From Camelus dromedarius (taxonomy: Eukaryota), in assembly GCF_036321535.1 (NCBI RefSeq), contig NC_087437.1, forward strand, positions 28,336,001 through 28,400,000: a DNA stretch of 64,000 nucleotides, written 5' to 3'. The notes under the pieces are model-generated. The model did no database searches. It saw only the letters and a program-made list of their open reading frames with translations, and was not told the origin of the DNA. This document shows positions 1 through 13,689 of the stretch, piece by piece. Each line of letters begins with the position of its first letter. Within the stretch, counting starts at the first letter, position 1. The position numbers and the translations under genes are program-made.

Positions 1-465
1 TGCATTTCCCTGATGATTAGTGTTGTTGAGCATCTTTTCAAGCATCTGTTGGTCATCTGCATGTCTTCTTGGAAAAAATGGACTATTCAGGTCCTTTGCC
101 CATTTTTTGATTGGGTTGTTTGTTTTTTTGATGTTGAGTTCTATGAGTTCTTTGTATATTTTCGGTATTAACCTCTTACCAAATATATCATTTGCAAATA
201 TCTCTTCCCATTCAGTAGGCTGCCTTTTCCTCTTGTTGATAGTTTCCTTAGCTGTGGAAAAGCTTTTTAGCCTGATATAGGCCCACTTGTTTATTTTTGC
301 TTTTGTTTCCCTTGCCTGAGGAGACACACCCACAAAAAAAATTGCTAAGGCCAATGTCAAAGACCATACTGTCCATGTTTTCTTCTAAGAGGTTTATGGT
401 TTCAGATCTTACATTTAGGTTTTTAATCCATTTTAAATTCATCTCTGTATATGGTGTGAGAAAGT
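1..465 (-). mobile_element. L1 LINE fragment, 3' part of ORF2 (runs off the window start)
   Basis: Minus ORF 248..442 ([27 protein letters not shown]) closely resembles the L1 ORF2 segment [20 protein letters not shown]..IQDIG. The plus strand is T-rich, as expected for antisense L1. Confidence 0.93.
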
Positions 466-729
466 GTACGGTGGTTTTGTACTTAGGAATTCTACTTTAT
501 TAGTTTTACTAAAGATTGTTGTAAGAACTTAGTTGTATGTTGATCAAACCTGCAGATGAAAATTTTGATAGCAACAGATAATATCTTGACTGAAAAAATA
601 GTGATCATAACAGATTGAAACAAGGAGCTACCTATACCCAGATGTCATCAAATAGGAGTTTAATGAAAAGTTCTAACGGTGGTACACAATACCATTTACA
701 CAGCTGTAAAATATGGGTTTCTTGGCTTA

Positions 730-1310
730 GTAGTCTAGGTATGAAGTTCATTAGGTGTTATCTGACAGTAAACTCGATATAAGACTCCACTTTGCATAGC
801 ATTTGCCAAAAAAATTTATTTATATCATTATGCATTAATCAGAAAACATGCCTAGAAGAAGGGCGGGTATCTGGATACAACATTCAGATAGTGTGCTGTT
901 CTGTGTTGTGTTGTATTGAAAGTTGAATTTCAGAGAAACTTTCACAAATTGGAGCATGTCTAAAGGAACCCAACCAGAATGGTGAGGAGGTTGAAATCAT
1001 CACAAAAGTAAAAGCTATAGGAAATGGACTATTTAATCAGGTGTCTTCAAATGTTTGAAGGGATGACCTGAAGTTTTAACCTTGCTTGTAGCACTAATAT
1101 TGGTTCAAGATTAAATAAACAAACCAAACTCACAAAGGAATAAAGAAACAAACAAACCATTAGAGTTGACTCAAAAGAGAATTAGCTGAATTAGGTGTAC
1201 ATTCATTATCATCCGGATGTTAAAAGAAAGACAATGAAGTCATTCAGGGGGTGGAAGTTAAACTAAGTATTTCCTAAGATCCCTTCCCTGTAAAATTCTA
1301 AGATTCTTAA
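730..1310 (+). mobile_element. Ancient L3/CR1 LINE remnant
   Basis: Motifs acaaattggagcatgtctaaaggaacccaaccagaatggtgaggaggttgaaa and the 3' end ctaagatcccttccctgtaaaattctaagattct resemble CR1/L3. Confidence 0.6.
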
Positions 1311-1429
1311 TTTTCTAGATTTCAGATGCCAGGCTGTTGATGAGGTTTAAAGGAAATGCCTCACTTCCAAGCCCTTTGCATTGACATTGCCTATTCCTTC
1401 ATAATCTGGCTCTTACCCACATATCCACC

Positions 1430-1740
1430 TTTGCCCTCCAGTATGCCAGTCTTGCATCTTACAAAACTGGGGATACTTGATCATTCCTTACCTACAGAAA
1501 CAACAATTTCATGTTGTTAAATCTAATAATATAAATTTTCTCCAAGCATGTTTTAAATATTCCAACATCTAGGCACATATGGTTCCATTTCTCCAACATG
1601 AGAAAACTCTCCAGGACACTGTCTCTCCACCTCTGCTTATTTAAAGGCTACCTTTCTTTTGAAGTTTAAATTGTCCACTCATCCATGAAGCCTTCTTTAG
1701 TCATTCCACCAATCTGATTGTATCTACTTCTGCACATCTT
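1430..1740 (+). mobile_element. Degraded L2 LINE fragment
   Basis: Pyrimidine-rich, with the L2-like motif tccactcatccatgaagccttctttagtc. Confidence 0.4.
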
Positions 1741-3605
1741 TAGAGTTTTTCATCCAAGACAAATGATATTGATTCATATGGTTATTTGCCTTTTCCTATA
1801 TAAGCCCTGGTTCTTAGGAGTGTCATAACCCGGCTTACTCCCAGCTACTGTGTGCCTTCCTGCACATCAGGGGGTCAACATATATAGCTGCTGATGGTAA
1901 GGCCACAAAGTCCAGGAGTGGCCAACCACTCTGCCTCTGAAAGAACTGATTCTGAATGAAACAATATAATGAGATAATTCCTCACAGATTTTCTAACCCA
2001 TGACTCACTGTGAAATGTGATTATTATACAGTTCTCATACTTTGCCGTTACCAGAGACAAAGCTGAGCATTTGTAGGTACATGCATATTAGGAAGGCTTT
2101 TGGCAGTGCTGTTACTGGGGCTGTTTGTGCAGAATTATGAATTAAGCAGTTCTGCCAAGACAGATCTAATATTCTTTTCTGCACAATGAAGTAAATCTTC
2201 AATTTCTGCATTCACTTCCTTTTTCATCCTTTTCTCTCCCTGAAATTTGTTTTGCAAGAACATTTTAATGCATTTATCTTCTTCCTTCAGCTTGTGAAAT
2301 TACTCATCCCTGGGATGCGTAATTGAGAGGTGTCCTATTACCCCCGTGGGATTACAGGCTTTATGAATCACTCCAACATGAGAAAAATGTTTGTATAAGA
2401 AGCACTAGATTTATATGAAAAGGGTACAAAGACTTTTTAATAACCCTAGCTCTCCATTTGGGCAGGCCTACAAGGGAGAATTTCTGTACATGCAGCCTGC
2501 AAATTACGTATCGCTGGCAACATTTAAATGTGAAAATGCCCTCATGCAGGCAGGTGCTTTTTAACCGAGAATTTACAGTGTACGTTTTTATGGGTTTCTC
2601 CTCGTCAGAAACCGAAGACTTTGACACGTTGGAAGGGAATGTCTTTAAACCCCAGATCAGTGCGTGGCAGACCTCTAAAACTGGAATTACAATTCCCCCA
2701 AGCATAGGGACATATGTGGTGTGGGAAAGGAATAATTTTCTTTACAGAGAAGCTACTAGGATGAGTTACCTGAGAGTGACTAGGAAATGCTCTGCGTGTC
2801 TTTCAGAATGCCACAGCAACTCTTTAAAACTTGGGTGGTTAGCTGTATTCTACCTGAAATCAGGAGATTTGTTTTATTAGCCAGAATTTCTAGGGTTCTA
2901 AATTCATCATGTTCAAGACATTGTGTATGTGTGTGTTTGAGTGTGTGGTCTTTATAATTTAATTTATATTCACTAAAAGTAGTTTTAGCCTATCAAGAAA
3001 TATTTTGGGGAACCCTAGTGGCTCCTTGTTAGTCAGAAACCACTGGAATTTCACTAAATGGTTTTTAGTCTAGTGAGTACCTTTCTTACATGAAATGGTT
3101 GATACTGGTGATTTAGAGTTTTAACCCTAGAAAAGGGAAGTGTGGTTTGTGATTAAAAACCCTAAGACTTCACGATCTCTAAAAGGTCCTCCTTGTTGCT
3201 CATTTTATCTCCGTCTTCCTTTTGTAGTGTTCTAAGACATTTACTTTTCAGAAACTGCTTTCATGAAAATATCTGAAGCTCTTTCACATAAATGGAAATG
3301 AATCATTAAATGCAACACAAAATGTCTGAGCTGCAATGGGAATTTGAATCCCATTGAATGAAATGCCTCTCTAATTCTAGAGAAATAAGACATAGTCCAA
3401 AGAAGTTGTATGCAACCAAATTATTGAAACGCTAGACTCATAAAAAGTATGTCCATTCCTCCACACCACTGCTCTTTCGAGTCTTTCATATCAAATACTT
3501 CTTCCCTGTTCTAGGATGAAACCTTAGGCTGAAAGTATTGCTTTTCCAGCTACTATTAGGTATTAATGAATAGTTTCATTTTCAGCTTTTAAAAAGCTTA
3601 ATCTT

Positions 3606-3989
3606 TGTATTAGATTGGGCTGCCGTAATAAAATGCCATAGATTGGCTAGCTTAAACAACAGAAATTTATTTCTCACAGCTTTGGAGGCTGGGAAGTCCA
3701 GGATCAGATGCTGGTCAATTTGGTTCCTGGGTAGGGCTCTCTTCCAGGCTTGCTGATGGTCACCTTCTTGAGGCGTCTACACATGGCAGAGAGAAAGAAA
3801 GTGATCATACTTCATCTTCTTAGAAGATCACAAATCCTATCGAGTTAGGTCCCACCCTTATGACCTCACTTAAACTTAATTACCTCCCCAAAGCCCTAAA
3901 TTCAGATAAGTTACATTGCCACATTGGGGGGTTAGTGCTTCAGCGAGTGAATTAGTTGGGGGTTGGGGTGCATAAGGCCGTTCACAGCA
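3606..3989 (-). mobile_element. MaLR solo LTR (MLT1A-D type)
   Basis: TG...CA ends and the typical MLT1 motif gggctgccgtaataaaatgccatagattggctagcttaaacaacagaaatttatttctcacag...ggaggctgggaagtccaggatcag. Confidence 0.9.
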
Positions 3990-5524
3990 ATTTCAAAGCT
4001 TAACTCTGCTGTCTAATTCATGACTAATGTTTTGGGAAGAGATCAGCTTTGCTTGGGGTTATTTGATTATTCTTCCTGGCTTTTGCTTTCTTTCCCCGTC
4101 ACAAAGCTGCTCCTCTTCTCTGTTGGGGGGCGTGGAGGAAGGATGGAGAAAGAAAGAAGGGGAAGTGGTATCATGTTGTTCTCTTAGCTCCCATAATCAC
4201 ACTAACCTAGACCGACACTAAGACAGGAATGAGACAGGTAGCTCTGTTAGAGAAAGGAATCACAGACTTACCTTGAATCTCTGAAAATGACAGACTCTTT
4301 CTTTTTACATAAATGAAGAGAAATGGGACCAACAAGAGATTTTTCCATAAAATTTATCATGCATTCTGGGACAACTTTGAAAGTAAAATAATTATTCCAG
4401 GACAACTGGTGTAAACTGGGATTGTCTCATGCAACCTGGGACATACAGTTACTCCAGGTAAGATCAAAGGTGAAAAATAAAGAAGCAGACCTCTCCAAAA
4501 GTGCGAACATTTTAGAAGTTACCCCAAATACTTCAGGACTTCAGTGTTTCCAAAGTGGCCTGCCCTCTGTTGCCAGGTATTCCAGAATTACCTTTCTGTT
4601 TACCAACATGCTTCCCATACTGCCATCTTCTTTCTGTTTTCTAAAACAAGATTTGTGTTCCCTAAGAATATAACCATGTTACCTGCCCTCCAGGAACATT
4701 TTCATTTTAAGAGATAATGTTTGTTCAAGTATAGAATGTACTATTTTTTAAAAATAGAGATAATGTGGCAAATAAGAAATTTTAAATAATATGGAACTGA
4801 TACTTGGGTACAGAGAAACTTTCATGTATTCACTCAAAGAGAAATTGAGCTTAGAGCTCTAGATTTCCAGAGTAGAGACTTTCAGTGGAGTCTCAAAAGA
4901 GCTCCCTGCCCTGTTATGGGAAGGGTGCCTCCTGGAGTTTCATGAAGAGAAGGCCATGCCCTGGGTTCTTGCCTCCAGGACTCACAGGACAGACAATGCA
5001 TAGAGTCTATCTACATAGACAGTTTATGTGCTGGTATTTGGCTGCCCACCTGTCAGTAAACATCACTATCTATGTTCTAATATGGTCAGGTTTCAGAGTC
5101 ATGGAGTAACTTTCTCTTTTCCTTGATCAGGATGCTACTGTCTGAGTATTTTTCATAAATTACATGCAGTAATTCTATCTCTGCGCTCATCATATTGCCA
5201 TAATCTCCCCAAGTTGTTGCTATTTTTTTTCCACTTTATTGAACAAAATAAAAAAACAGAAGGACATGCCTATATGTACACGTACACCTAATCTCTATGC
5301 CCTTTAGACATAGGTTTTCAAAACAAAACAAAACAAAAGGCAAAGACAATTAACTTTGCCTTTCAGTCCTGCACAATTCCTCAGGTAACATTTTGAAAAT
5401 TCCTAGTGTGTTCTTTTGCAACTCTGAGAAAAATAACCTTTGCCCTGAATACACAACATATGTCTGGGGGAAAATTACAACTTCTTAGCAGAAGAAATTC
5501 ATAGAGAAAAAACATGCTAATTGT

Positions 5525-5790
5525 TTTGGTTAGAAATGAGTTTGGCTGATAGTAACAGAGAATTGATTCTAGCAACTTAAATTTGGGGGTTTTATTTTTT
5601 CATTAAGGAAAGTCCAGAAGAGGATCCTCCAGAACAGGTATGGGGGCTCCATGAAGTTATCAACGGCCCAGGTTCTTTTTTTTTTTTTTTCATATTTAAT
5701 GTAGGGCTTAAAATTTCAAGGTCAAAAGATGGCTCATGGAGTGCCGCCATCACATTGGCATTCCAGGAAGAAGTGAAAGGTGGGACCATT
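5525..5790 (-). mobile_element. Old MaLR LTR fragment (MLT1J/K-like)
   Basis: ggttagaaatgagtttggctgatagtaacaga and aagatggctcatggagtgccgccatcacattggcattccagg resemble old MLT1. Confidence 0.6.
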
Positions 5791-6719
5791 TTTAGGTTTG
5801 AGATTCCTCTGATAAGCAGAGTATGATGTCACAAATGAACAGCCAGTCTCTCTTAAACTTTTCTCTAATATGACTGGTTTCATAGTGGGCCTCTGCTGAC
5901 ATCCATAAGTTTCCCAAACCCAGTCCCTGATGTCCTGCTAGCTAGCTGTCTTGTCAAAGGGCCAAAGCTTATAGCTGTTGAACCCATGGTTCATGGCTAC
6001 AATGAGGCATGATATATCTCTACCTTCTTGATTCAGTTTCCTCTCAGCTCCTACTGAATATAGACCAATGCATCATCTCACCATCCTAAATATAGGCTCC
6101 TACTTGGGAACCCACCAATCACCTGTGTCCTCAACTCACTGTCCACACAATGTTGGAGATAAAAGAGGCTGTGAAGTGGCCCTGGAAATTCTGCGCGTCT
6201 GGAAATTCTGCACTCTGGTCTCTTAAATGAACCAGGCTGCCCCCATGTTGGTGTAGATATACCACACAGCAATCTCCTCCTTGGTACACAGCTACCAAAA
6301 AGGGGAATAGGGCAAGAATCCGCTGCCTTTGGTATTACCATCATTTGCCAAACATACTGCCTTCCTCTGGGTCAAAGCTGGAAGAAGAAAGTCTGTATAT
6401 AGCATCTGACCTCTTGGAAACATTAATATATTTTCCACTTTTGCTTTTCTAAATACATGAACTCATAAGCTTGACACTAATAGACCTAAAGTACCCATCT
6501 GCTGAAGGAAGATTAGAATTTATTACAAGAGGAAACCATTTATTACATTGAGAGTAAAAGGAAGAAGGAGATATTCTGCTTCTGATATGCAAATAGGATA
6601 AAGCAGTAAGAAAAGTACCTTGTAAGCCAGGACAATGTCTTGAAAAATGATCTCCTATACTTTTTTCATCTGTTTTCCTCACACTGTTGCATTTCAATAA
6701 CCAAGCCTGGAAGGTCATC

Positions 6720-7620
6720 GGCAGAGTTTGTATCCGGTGTAGAGAAAATGCCCCTGTCTTTATTAAGCTTTGAGAGGGGATCAGAGTCATAAAAGAGGGC
6801 AGGGCAGAGAAGAAAGCTCCCAGGAGATGGCAGCAGAAGGGGAGGTGGAATGATAACAGAAAAGGAGGGAGAAGAGATACTGATTGACTAGGGAGCAAGA
6901 CTATCACACATGTTCCCAAACCTTCTTCAAGTCTTGAGCCTTGATCATCCATACCAACCGGTGACCTTGCCAGGCAGAGGGGGGCCCTGAGATGAAGCTT
7001 TTCTCATCACCTGGGACATGGCATAAAAAGGACTTGGACATGACTGAGCATCTGGTGTGGAGTCTGGCAGCTGGGGTGGCTTGGACAGAGACAGATGGCT
7101 TTATAGAAAGAGCTACAGAACAGACCACCAGATGGAGCCCAAGTGAGCATCGCAAGTTGACAGCAGTGGGGTCAGCAGTAGTGTCAGGGACCGAGGTGGG
7201 TCTGGGCCCTCCATTTCTTCATCCCTCCCCGTGGGCTTTCACCAAACTCTCAGAAGCACCAGAGTGCACGACCCCATTCCAGCCACAAATCGGTACAAAA
7301 TGCTAAGTGGATAGACGGCAACTAGATAGAAAGAAGACATTGCCCAGAGACGGGGTGAGGAGGGTGGTAACAGTGGAAGCTGTGCCCAAGGAGAGCAGTG
7401 CTTCCCTGTCTCACTCTCCACCCCAGGTACTTAGTCATCACTTAGGAATAAAAGCAAAGAAGAAGAAGTGACTCCGATTGAGCTTTCCTATATCCAGAAA
7501 AGTTGAGTATTAATTACCTAAAGATATACATTATCTAATTGGGTTAAGTTTTAAAGTAGATTTGGTATTTAGTGATTTCTTTTTCCAATCTCTGGTGGAT
7601 GAAAGTTGTCTTTGTCCATC
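6720..7620. mobile_element. Probable ancient LTR element (family not determined)
   Basis: Purine/GC-richer block followed by AATAAA (7447) and an AT-rich tail, an LTR-like layout. It accounts for the cluster of chance ORFs at 6449-7421. Confidence 0.3.
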
Positions 7621-9899
7621 TGAATCACAGCAAGAATTAAGTTTTTGACTCCTATTATTTTAGGGTGCTCTCTCATATGTTAGACTCAAAATCCCTTCTA
7701 GTCACTTGCTCCCCTAGTTTAACATCCTAGAAAAAGAAATAAAACAGAGCATATTCTAGTTTGGGCTGATTTTTAGGAATAACCAGATCTATCTCCAAAT
7801 CCTCATTGGCTATCTTGATGAGCTAACCAAACACTGAGAAAGTCTTCACAGCTATACTTAAATTTTTAGCCCAAAGCCCAAATTTTTAGGTCAAGTCCTT
7901 CTTGCTTCTTTTTGTCCTGCCAGCCTCCTCTTCCCTTACTTTATTTATATCTTTAAATAGTGGGCTGTATAAGCCTTTATAAGACACATAGAACAATCCA
8001 ATCTCTGTGTTAGAGGAAAGACAAGAAAGGTCCTCGTGTGGGTCTAATGATATCCACTTTATTCCTCCTGTTAAAGAATCAATCAGTTTTGGCCCCCAAG
8101 CCCTTATGATAGAGTAAGGACATGATGCTGTACACTCGGTAGCAGTGTCTCCACTTCCTCCTACTTCCACTTTTTCCTTGAGACATAACTAGGAGCCTCT
8201 CAGGAGATTGTGGTTGTTAGAGCAGTGTGGCGACGTGATCCTCTGCTCTCCTCCTAAGAATATTTGCAGGAAAATTGCATGAAAGTTGAGTCCTGCATGT
8301 GATTTTCCTTCCAAGTATTGAAAGACTTTCCATGAAGCAAACTTTCTGCCCACTTTTTTCCATGCTTCTCAACTGGTATATGAGTTTTTGCATATGTGGG
8401 AGTGGGCCAGCATGCATGAGAAATCACCAACATTTTCCCGAAGAATCAGTTTTACTTAAAGACTTGAATAAAACTCATTATTAAATTCATGTGAATTTAT
8501 GCTGAAGCAGGACTTCAAAGTAATTTCATACTCGAAGCAGGCAACTTCAAGCTGTAGTCTCAATCACCCCACACTCTCTCCCCGACTCCCTCCCACAGAC
8601 CCCCAGTCCTCAGAGACACATGCTGTGTCCATCTACTGCCTAACTTCCTCATTTCATAGAGATTACAAGCTTTGGATTCTTTGAATAGGCCCAAACTCAA
8701 GAGTGATCATATTTAAGAGTGGAGTTGCTTTAGGGAAATTTAGTTGCTTTAGTCCAACAGTTAAGTAAGTCAGAATTTGGGGAAGTATATTATTGCAGTA
8801 TACATCCAAGACAATCTGACATGCAGGTTCACGGTATGAATTTTCAGTGGCAGAGTTCTTCAATATTTAGATATAAATTACCCATATTCAATGAGCTAAG
8901 TGGTACCAATTAGGTTTAGAAAGAAGATTAGAAATTGTACTCATATAAATTATGTTATTATTTGGGCCTGATTGTTTGTATGGGTGTGTGTGTGTGTTCA
9001 TTTCCTTCTCCACAGTGAAGTTTGTTCTGCAAGCTACCGGTTTGGTTAAAAAGCTTTGGAAACATGAGTGCAGTTCCAGTCATAACATTTAGACCTTCAT
9101 TTCAATCCCATAATAGTTAGCTTAAGTAATGTCTAAATATTTCTTTAAGCCACAATATCCTATTTTCAGCAACAGGCTCTAAATCATAATATACTGTATT
9201 CACTTCTTTCTGACTTGGAATAAGTCTTTGTGTGGAATGGTAGTGAGCTCCTTTGAGATCTGTCAACTGCACCAAGATATAAAGTTAAGACTGACGAACG
9301 GAAATATCGTTGAATCCCTGCTCTGAAGGAATAATTTAGGGGAAAAAAATGTGTTATCCTATGCTCTGCATCTGATCTGGTTCTGTCTTCATATCTGCTT
9401 CACACTGAGGGGAAGCACCTCTGTGACGATTAAAAGGCCAAGAGCTGTCTTTGAAATTACAATGATGTGCAATTAAGGAGAAGTTATTTCAGTTATCAAC
9501 ATACAGTAATTCAACTGGCCATGGTTAAGAAAGTGTATAAATTCCAAAGACATTCAAAACATCTGGCTTTGCATGTGTCTCCCTTCCATAATTGATGTGT
9601 TAGCTGTTCTTGGGTGAAAGTACACACAGCACATTTTAGTGACATCTGTTTCAAGTTAGGGTTAATTCATTTCCATTTGTGTGTGTGTGTCTCTTTTTTT
9701 TTTTTTTAAATATATTAGAAGATACAGATCAGGGAAAAAGGAAGTATATTTGAAGACAAGTTTTAATTTCTAAGCATATATTAAAATAGAATCATATAAT
9801 TAATGCAAAACTTTTTGGAATTTTTCACTATACCATTGCTCAATTGTCTCTGAAACCATAACTGAGACTTACAGGATGATTAGTATATTCTGGTCACTG

Positions 9900-10070
9900 G
9901 GTTAAGTAATTTATACTCATTATCTTTATTAATCACAACAACCCTATTGGGTCAACCTTTCCATAGACATGATTTTCTAATGTGAAAATGACTTGCCTAA
10001 GGACACAACTCTAGCAAAAAGAAAATCCAGGATTCTCACTTAAGAGATTGATGCCAAAGCCTTCCTTGTA
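9900..10070 (-). mobile_element. MIR SINE remnant
   Basis: aatcacaacaaccctatt...tgacttgcctaaggacacaactctagc...ccaggattc matches the MIR core in antisense. Confidence 0.6.
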
Positions 10071-10469
10071 GAATTGCACTAATGGGTATAAAATGCCATA
10101 GTGAACAAGGTATCATGTGCATTGATAGCGCTGTGTGCAGTGTCTCTGAGGTACTTTCAGGATTAGATCTTTACAGGCCGAAAGTCCAAAATTTGGCAAC
10201 TTATTGGGACTGAATTGTTATTCCAGTAGTCTGAACCTGGGTGTCCTAAGGTAAGTTGGTTATACCTAGCTCACTTATCCAGTAGGATTGTTATAAAGGT
10301 CCAGAGAGTTAATCTGTGTTGAAATGTTTTGCATACTCTAAAGATTACTTTTGCAAAGTGTTAAATCAAAAATTTGCTTTCCAGAAATGGTAACAGATGT
10401 TCTGAGTGGAAATAGTTCCCTGGCAAATTAGTTTGGGGAAACTGCATACGGCTACAACTATCCCCTGTG

Positions 10470-10780
10470 TAGAAGACATGTGTTGTCTTATTTAGAATCT
10501 CTGCCATTCTTTTCTGGTAATGGGGCCTATGCTATTGGCGTGTTGCTCCCTTCTCCCACTCCACATGGTGCTGGTGAAGCTGCCACTCACCCAGGGATGA
10601 CAGCAGGGCACACGACCTTCTGCTCTTGAAACATTTACAAGAATTGTGGCATAGCAACGTCTAAGAATCTTAGCCCAGAGCTGCTGGCAACCATGCCCTG
10701 CCTTGTGGTAAAATGTACCTGCAGTAGAGATACCATCTAACCCCCTTTTAAGCTGCTTTGACTTGGAGTTCTATTTAATA
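10470..10780 (+). mobile_element. ERVL LTR fragment (LTR16-like)
   Basis: cttctcccactccacatggtgctggtgaagctgcc, gagctgctggcaaccatgcc and ttttaagctgctttgacttggagttct resemble LTR16. Confidence 0.45.
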
Positions 10781-11664
10781 TACTGTTCATAGAGATTCAC
10801 TATGAAGTATTTCTAGTGTCAGAAATACTAGAAAATACTAGCAGATTTCAATGAAGCATGGTTTGAAAAATCAAACATATGAATTTTTCTATTTTTATTA
10901 ATTTCATAGTCATGAAGGAGCCACTGAAAAATACCAGTTACATACTAATAAATTGTGATACTAAATAGGAGAATTACTGGGCTGGAATTACTTGCAGTGA
11001 TGTTGAAGAGAAATTAAGCATTATTAAAGAAATTAACAAAGCACTTTGGAATATCCCTTTTAATTTTGATATTCTGAGGATTTCACCCTCAGAATATTCT
11101 CCCTAAGAGTAATTTTGTTGATTCTCATGGCAATATTCTCAGCATATCATCAATATGTGAATATCAGCTGCATTTTTCTGTCTATTTAGGTTGTAATAAA
11201 ATGGTCAGGATTATGTAAAGTTCCCTAAAAGCCTTTGTCCTATTGATTAATTTTTTAGGCATCACACCATGATGATTTTATTGTTTCAATATGATAATGG
11301 ATCAAAATGTTTCAGATTCACTTTATAATAAATAATCTATTGGGCAAAAACAAACAGAGAGAGGGGAGAAGTTTTCATAAAGTGAATGATGTTCTAAAGA
11401 CAACACCATTGCAGTTTTAACCCTGTGACTATATAATCTGATACATTAAAATATTTTCAAAAATATAGATATTTGGAATTACGGAGTTTTAGCCTAAGCC
11501 TAACTTGGTCTTCATCTAATATCCTAACTATCAAATTACAGAGCTTAATTGGTTGAGTCCGCACATTCCATAAAAAATACTGAATTAAATGGTGTCTTCT
11601 GATATGAAATCATAGCCCCTCTCTCGGTAGGAGCCTTGAGTCTCCATAAGCAGTGATGTACCTA

Positions 11665-12122
11665 CTAGCATGCTTTCACTGAGTAACAGAGGGTGCTACT
11701 GAAAGTAGTTTAAAACATAAGACAATTTATTAACTCACAAAGATGTTACCACTGACCCAGGATCTGTCCATCTTCTCTTTCTAATTCCTTAGCTTTCCCC
11801 TCAGTCTTATCTCTTCCATGTAACTGCAGGTTGGCTGCGGCAGCTCACTGCACAAAAGACTACAAAAGGCCCTCTGTTTTCTTTGTGCCTCTTATTAATG
11901 AAAATAGCAATTTTCCCTGTTGCTTCCAGCAGGCCTTCCCCTGGCTTGAGCTGCATCATGTGACCATTTCTATTTCTATTACTGGAAAGAAGAATAGTTT
12001 GTCTTAAACTAACCAATGCTGACTTTCCTATAGTAAAGAGAATGGTCTCCTGATATTTCAGAAAAATTATGCTTCTGTGTGAGCATGGAATGGTCAAGGT
12101 GATAGACAGCAGTGTTTGCCAC
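11665..12122 (-). mobile_element. Old MaLR LTR (MLT1K/L-like)
   Basis: ctagcatgctttcactgagtaacaga...catcatgtgacc...gatagacagcagtgtttgccaca. Confidence 0.55.
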
Positions 12123-13249
12123 AAGTCCCTTGAAATAAAATTTTCTGGTAGACAATTAAAAAAAGAAAAAAACAATTAAAAAGAAAAAATTAAATTTAAG
12201 ATAATCTGAAGAAAATTGAAATCAGATAGATATTACTTTTTAAAATGCTCGATAAATAAATAACAGTGTATTTTACATTGTTATCAGAAATTATGTTGGG
12301 AGAAAATTGGTGGAACTAAAAAGGAAAAGGAAAAATTTACTTGTAAAAAAATACCTTTCCACAGCTAAATTAGGGGAAAAGAGAGCTATATAAATTATTG
12401 CAACCTTGTTGACATTTTTTCATCCTGCCCTGTGAGATGGGTCTCCAATTGGCATCTGGATAATATACTTAATTAGATCCACAGGTTAAACTTTTCTACA
12501 ACAGTTAGTTTGACCACTTTATAGGTAGATTTTTAAAATATATGTGTATATTTACTCTTTTTTAAAAGAGCTGATACTGGTTCTGTGGAAGGAGAGAAGC
12601 AGAGCCCAACCTAGATTGCTCTTGTTTATAAAAAACATTCTTTACAAGATGTCTTTTATACACACCTGTGAAATATTTATCTCTCTGTAAATGAAAGTGT
12701 TGGCACTCTGCCCCACAGACTTTAACAAATCTGAAGTGTAAATGTAGAAGTGAATCCTTTCTAATCCCTTTCGTTAAATCAGATGTTTCTAGCATCTGAC
12801 AAAGGAATGTTTGATGGGGGCCCTGATTATGCTTTCCCATTCTCCCTCTGGAGCCTGCATTTTGGGGGCAGAGTTAAAAATGAGCGCCTCCTCTCAGATG
12901 TTAGAGCACAGGCCAGGCACTTCAGAGAGCAGCTCACCCCAAGGGTGAGGATGTGGTTTACTGTGAGCAGAGGCATCAAAGCAGGCTGTTTGCTCTCTTC
13001 TGAAATGCTGCCTCCCTCTGCCACTTGAGCTAGACAGTCTTGCCTCCAGGGTAGAAAACACTCTGCTTTCCAGAGCTCCCTCTCCCATAACACATGGGCA
13101 CGCTCTCATCTGTTCTTGCAACTTCTGGGCCTGGTCTAAATTTCCTGTCACTTCAGACTGTCTTTCATAGGCTTGATGGCTATCTAAGTGTCAGGACTAA
13201 GGAGATACAGATACCCATGGTATAACTTAAAAGAAGGATTTTCCACATA

Positions 13250-13380
13250 TTCTTCCATTATTCATTCAATAAGCATTTATTACCTGCCAGGAACTGTGGA
13301 TAAAGATACCAAGACTATCCCTGCACTCAAAGAATGGTCCCTGCACTCAAGGAGCTTTCAGCTAGTGAGAAAAAAAGAAA
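13250..13380 (-). mobile_element. L2 LINE 3' end
   Basis: ttcattcaataagcatttatt...ccctgcactcaaggagctttcagctag. Confidence 0.65.
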
Positions 13381-13689
13381 ACGGTAAAAATTAAGAAGTT
13401 CAGGGAGATTTAAAAAATGCCAAGAAAGGTGTCCCAGGTACGAGTAGGCTACCAAGGAGGAACTCTCCCTGAGGGATTCAGGCAAAAAAGTGCAAAGGGA
13501 TGATATTTTGTTCAGAAATAATATAGATTCACTATTTCATAAAATCAGTGCAATCTCTCAGCAAGTGGATAACTCCATGTCTCTAAATTATCACCAAGTA
13601 GACTTACTATTGGGTTTACCCAGTCCTGCTTGGTTGCACAGGTTTAAATTTCACCTTCTCTCAAAACAATCTTTGTAGTCACTAGTTTT

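Noticed and set aside
20..503. Three overlapping ORFs at the window start
   Set aside because: All lie within the L1 ORF2 fragment and are not host genes.
2361..2880. 140-aa and 114-aa ORFs as coding genes
   Set aside because: The longer one starts at TTG, neither resembles a known protein, and there is no coherent splice structure. Treated as non-coding.
4272..4280. Possible 9-nt microexon on the minus strand (ttttcag|AGATTCAAG|gtaagt)
   Set aside because: The donor is perfect but the upstream tract is purine-rich, and no host exons are evident nearby. Such matches occur by chance.
6449..7421. Longest ORF (167 aa) and its neighbours
   Set aside because: Low-complexity L/S/P/F composition from the antisense of a purine-rich, probably LTR-derived block.
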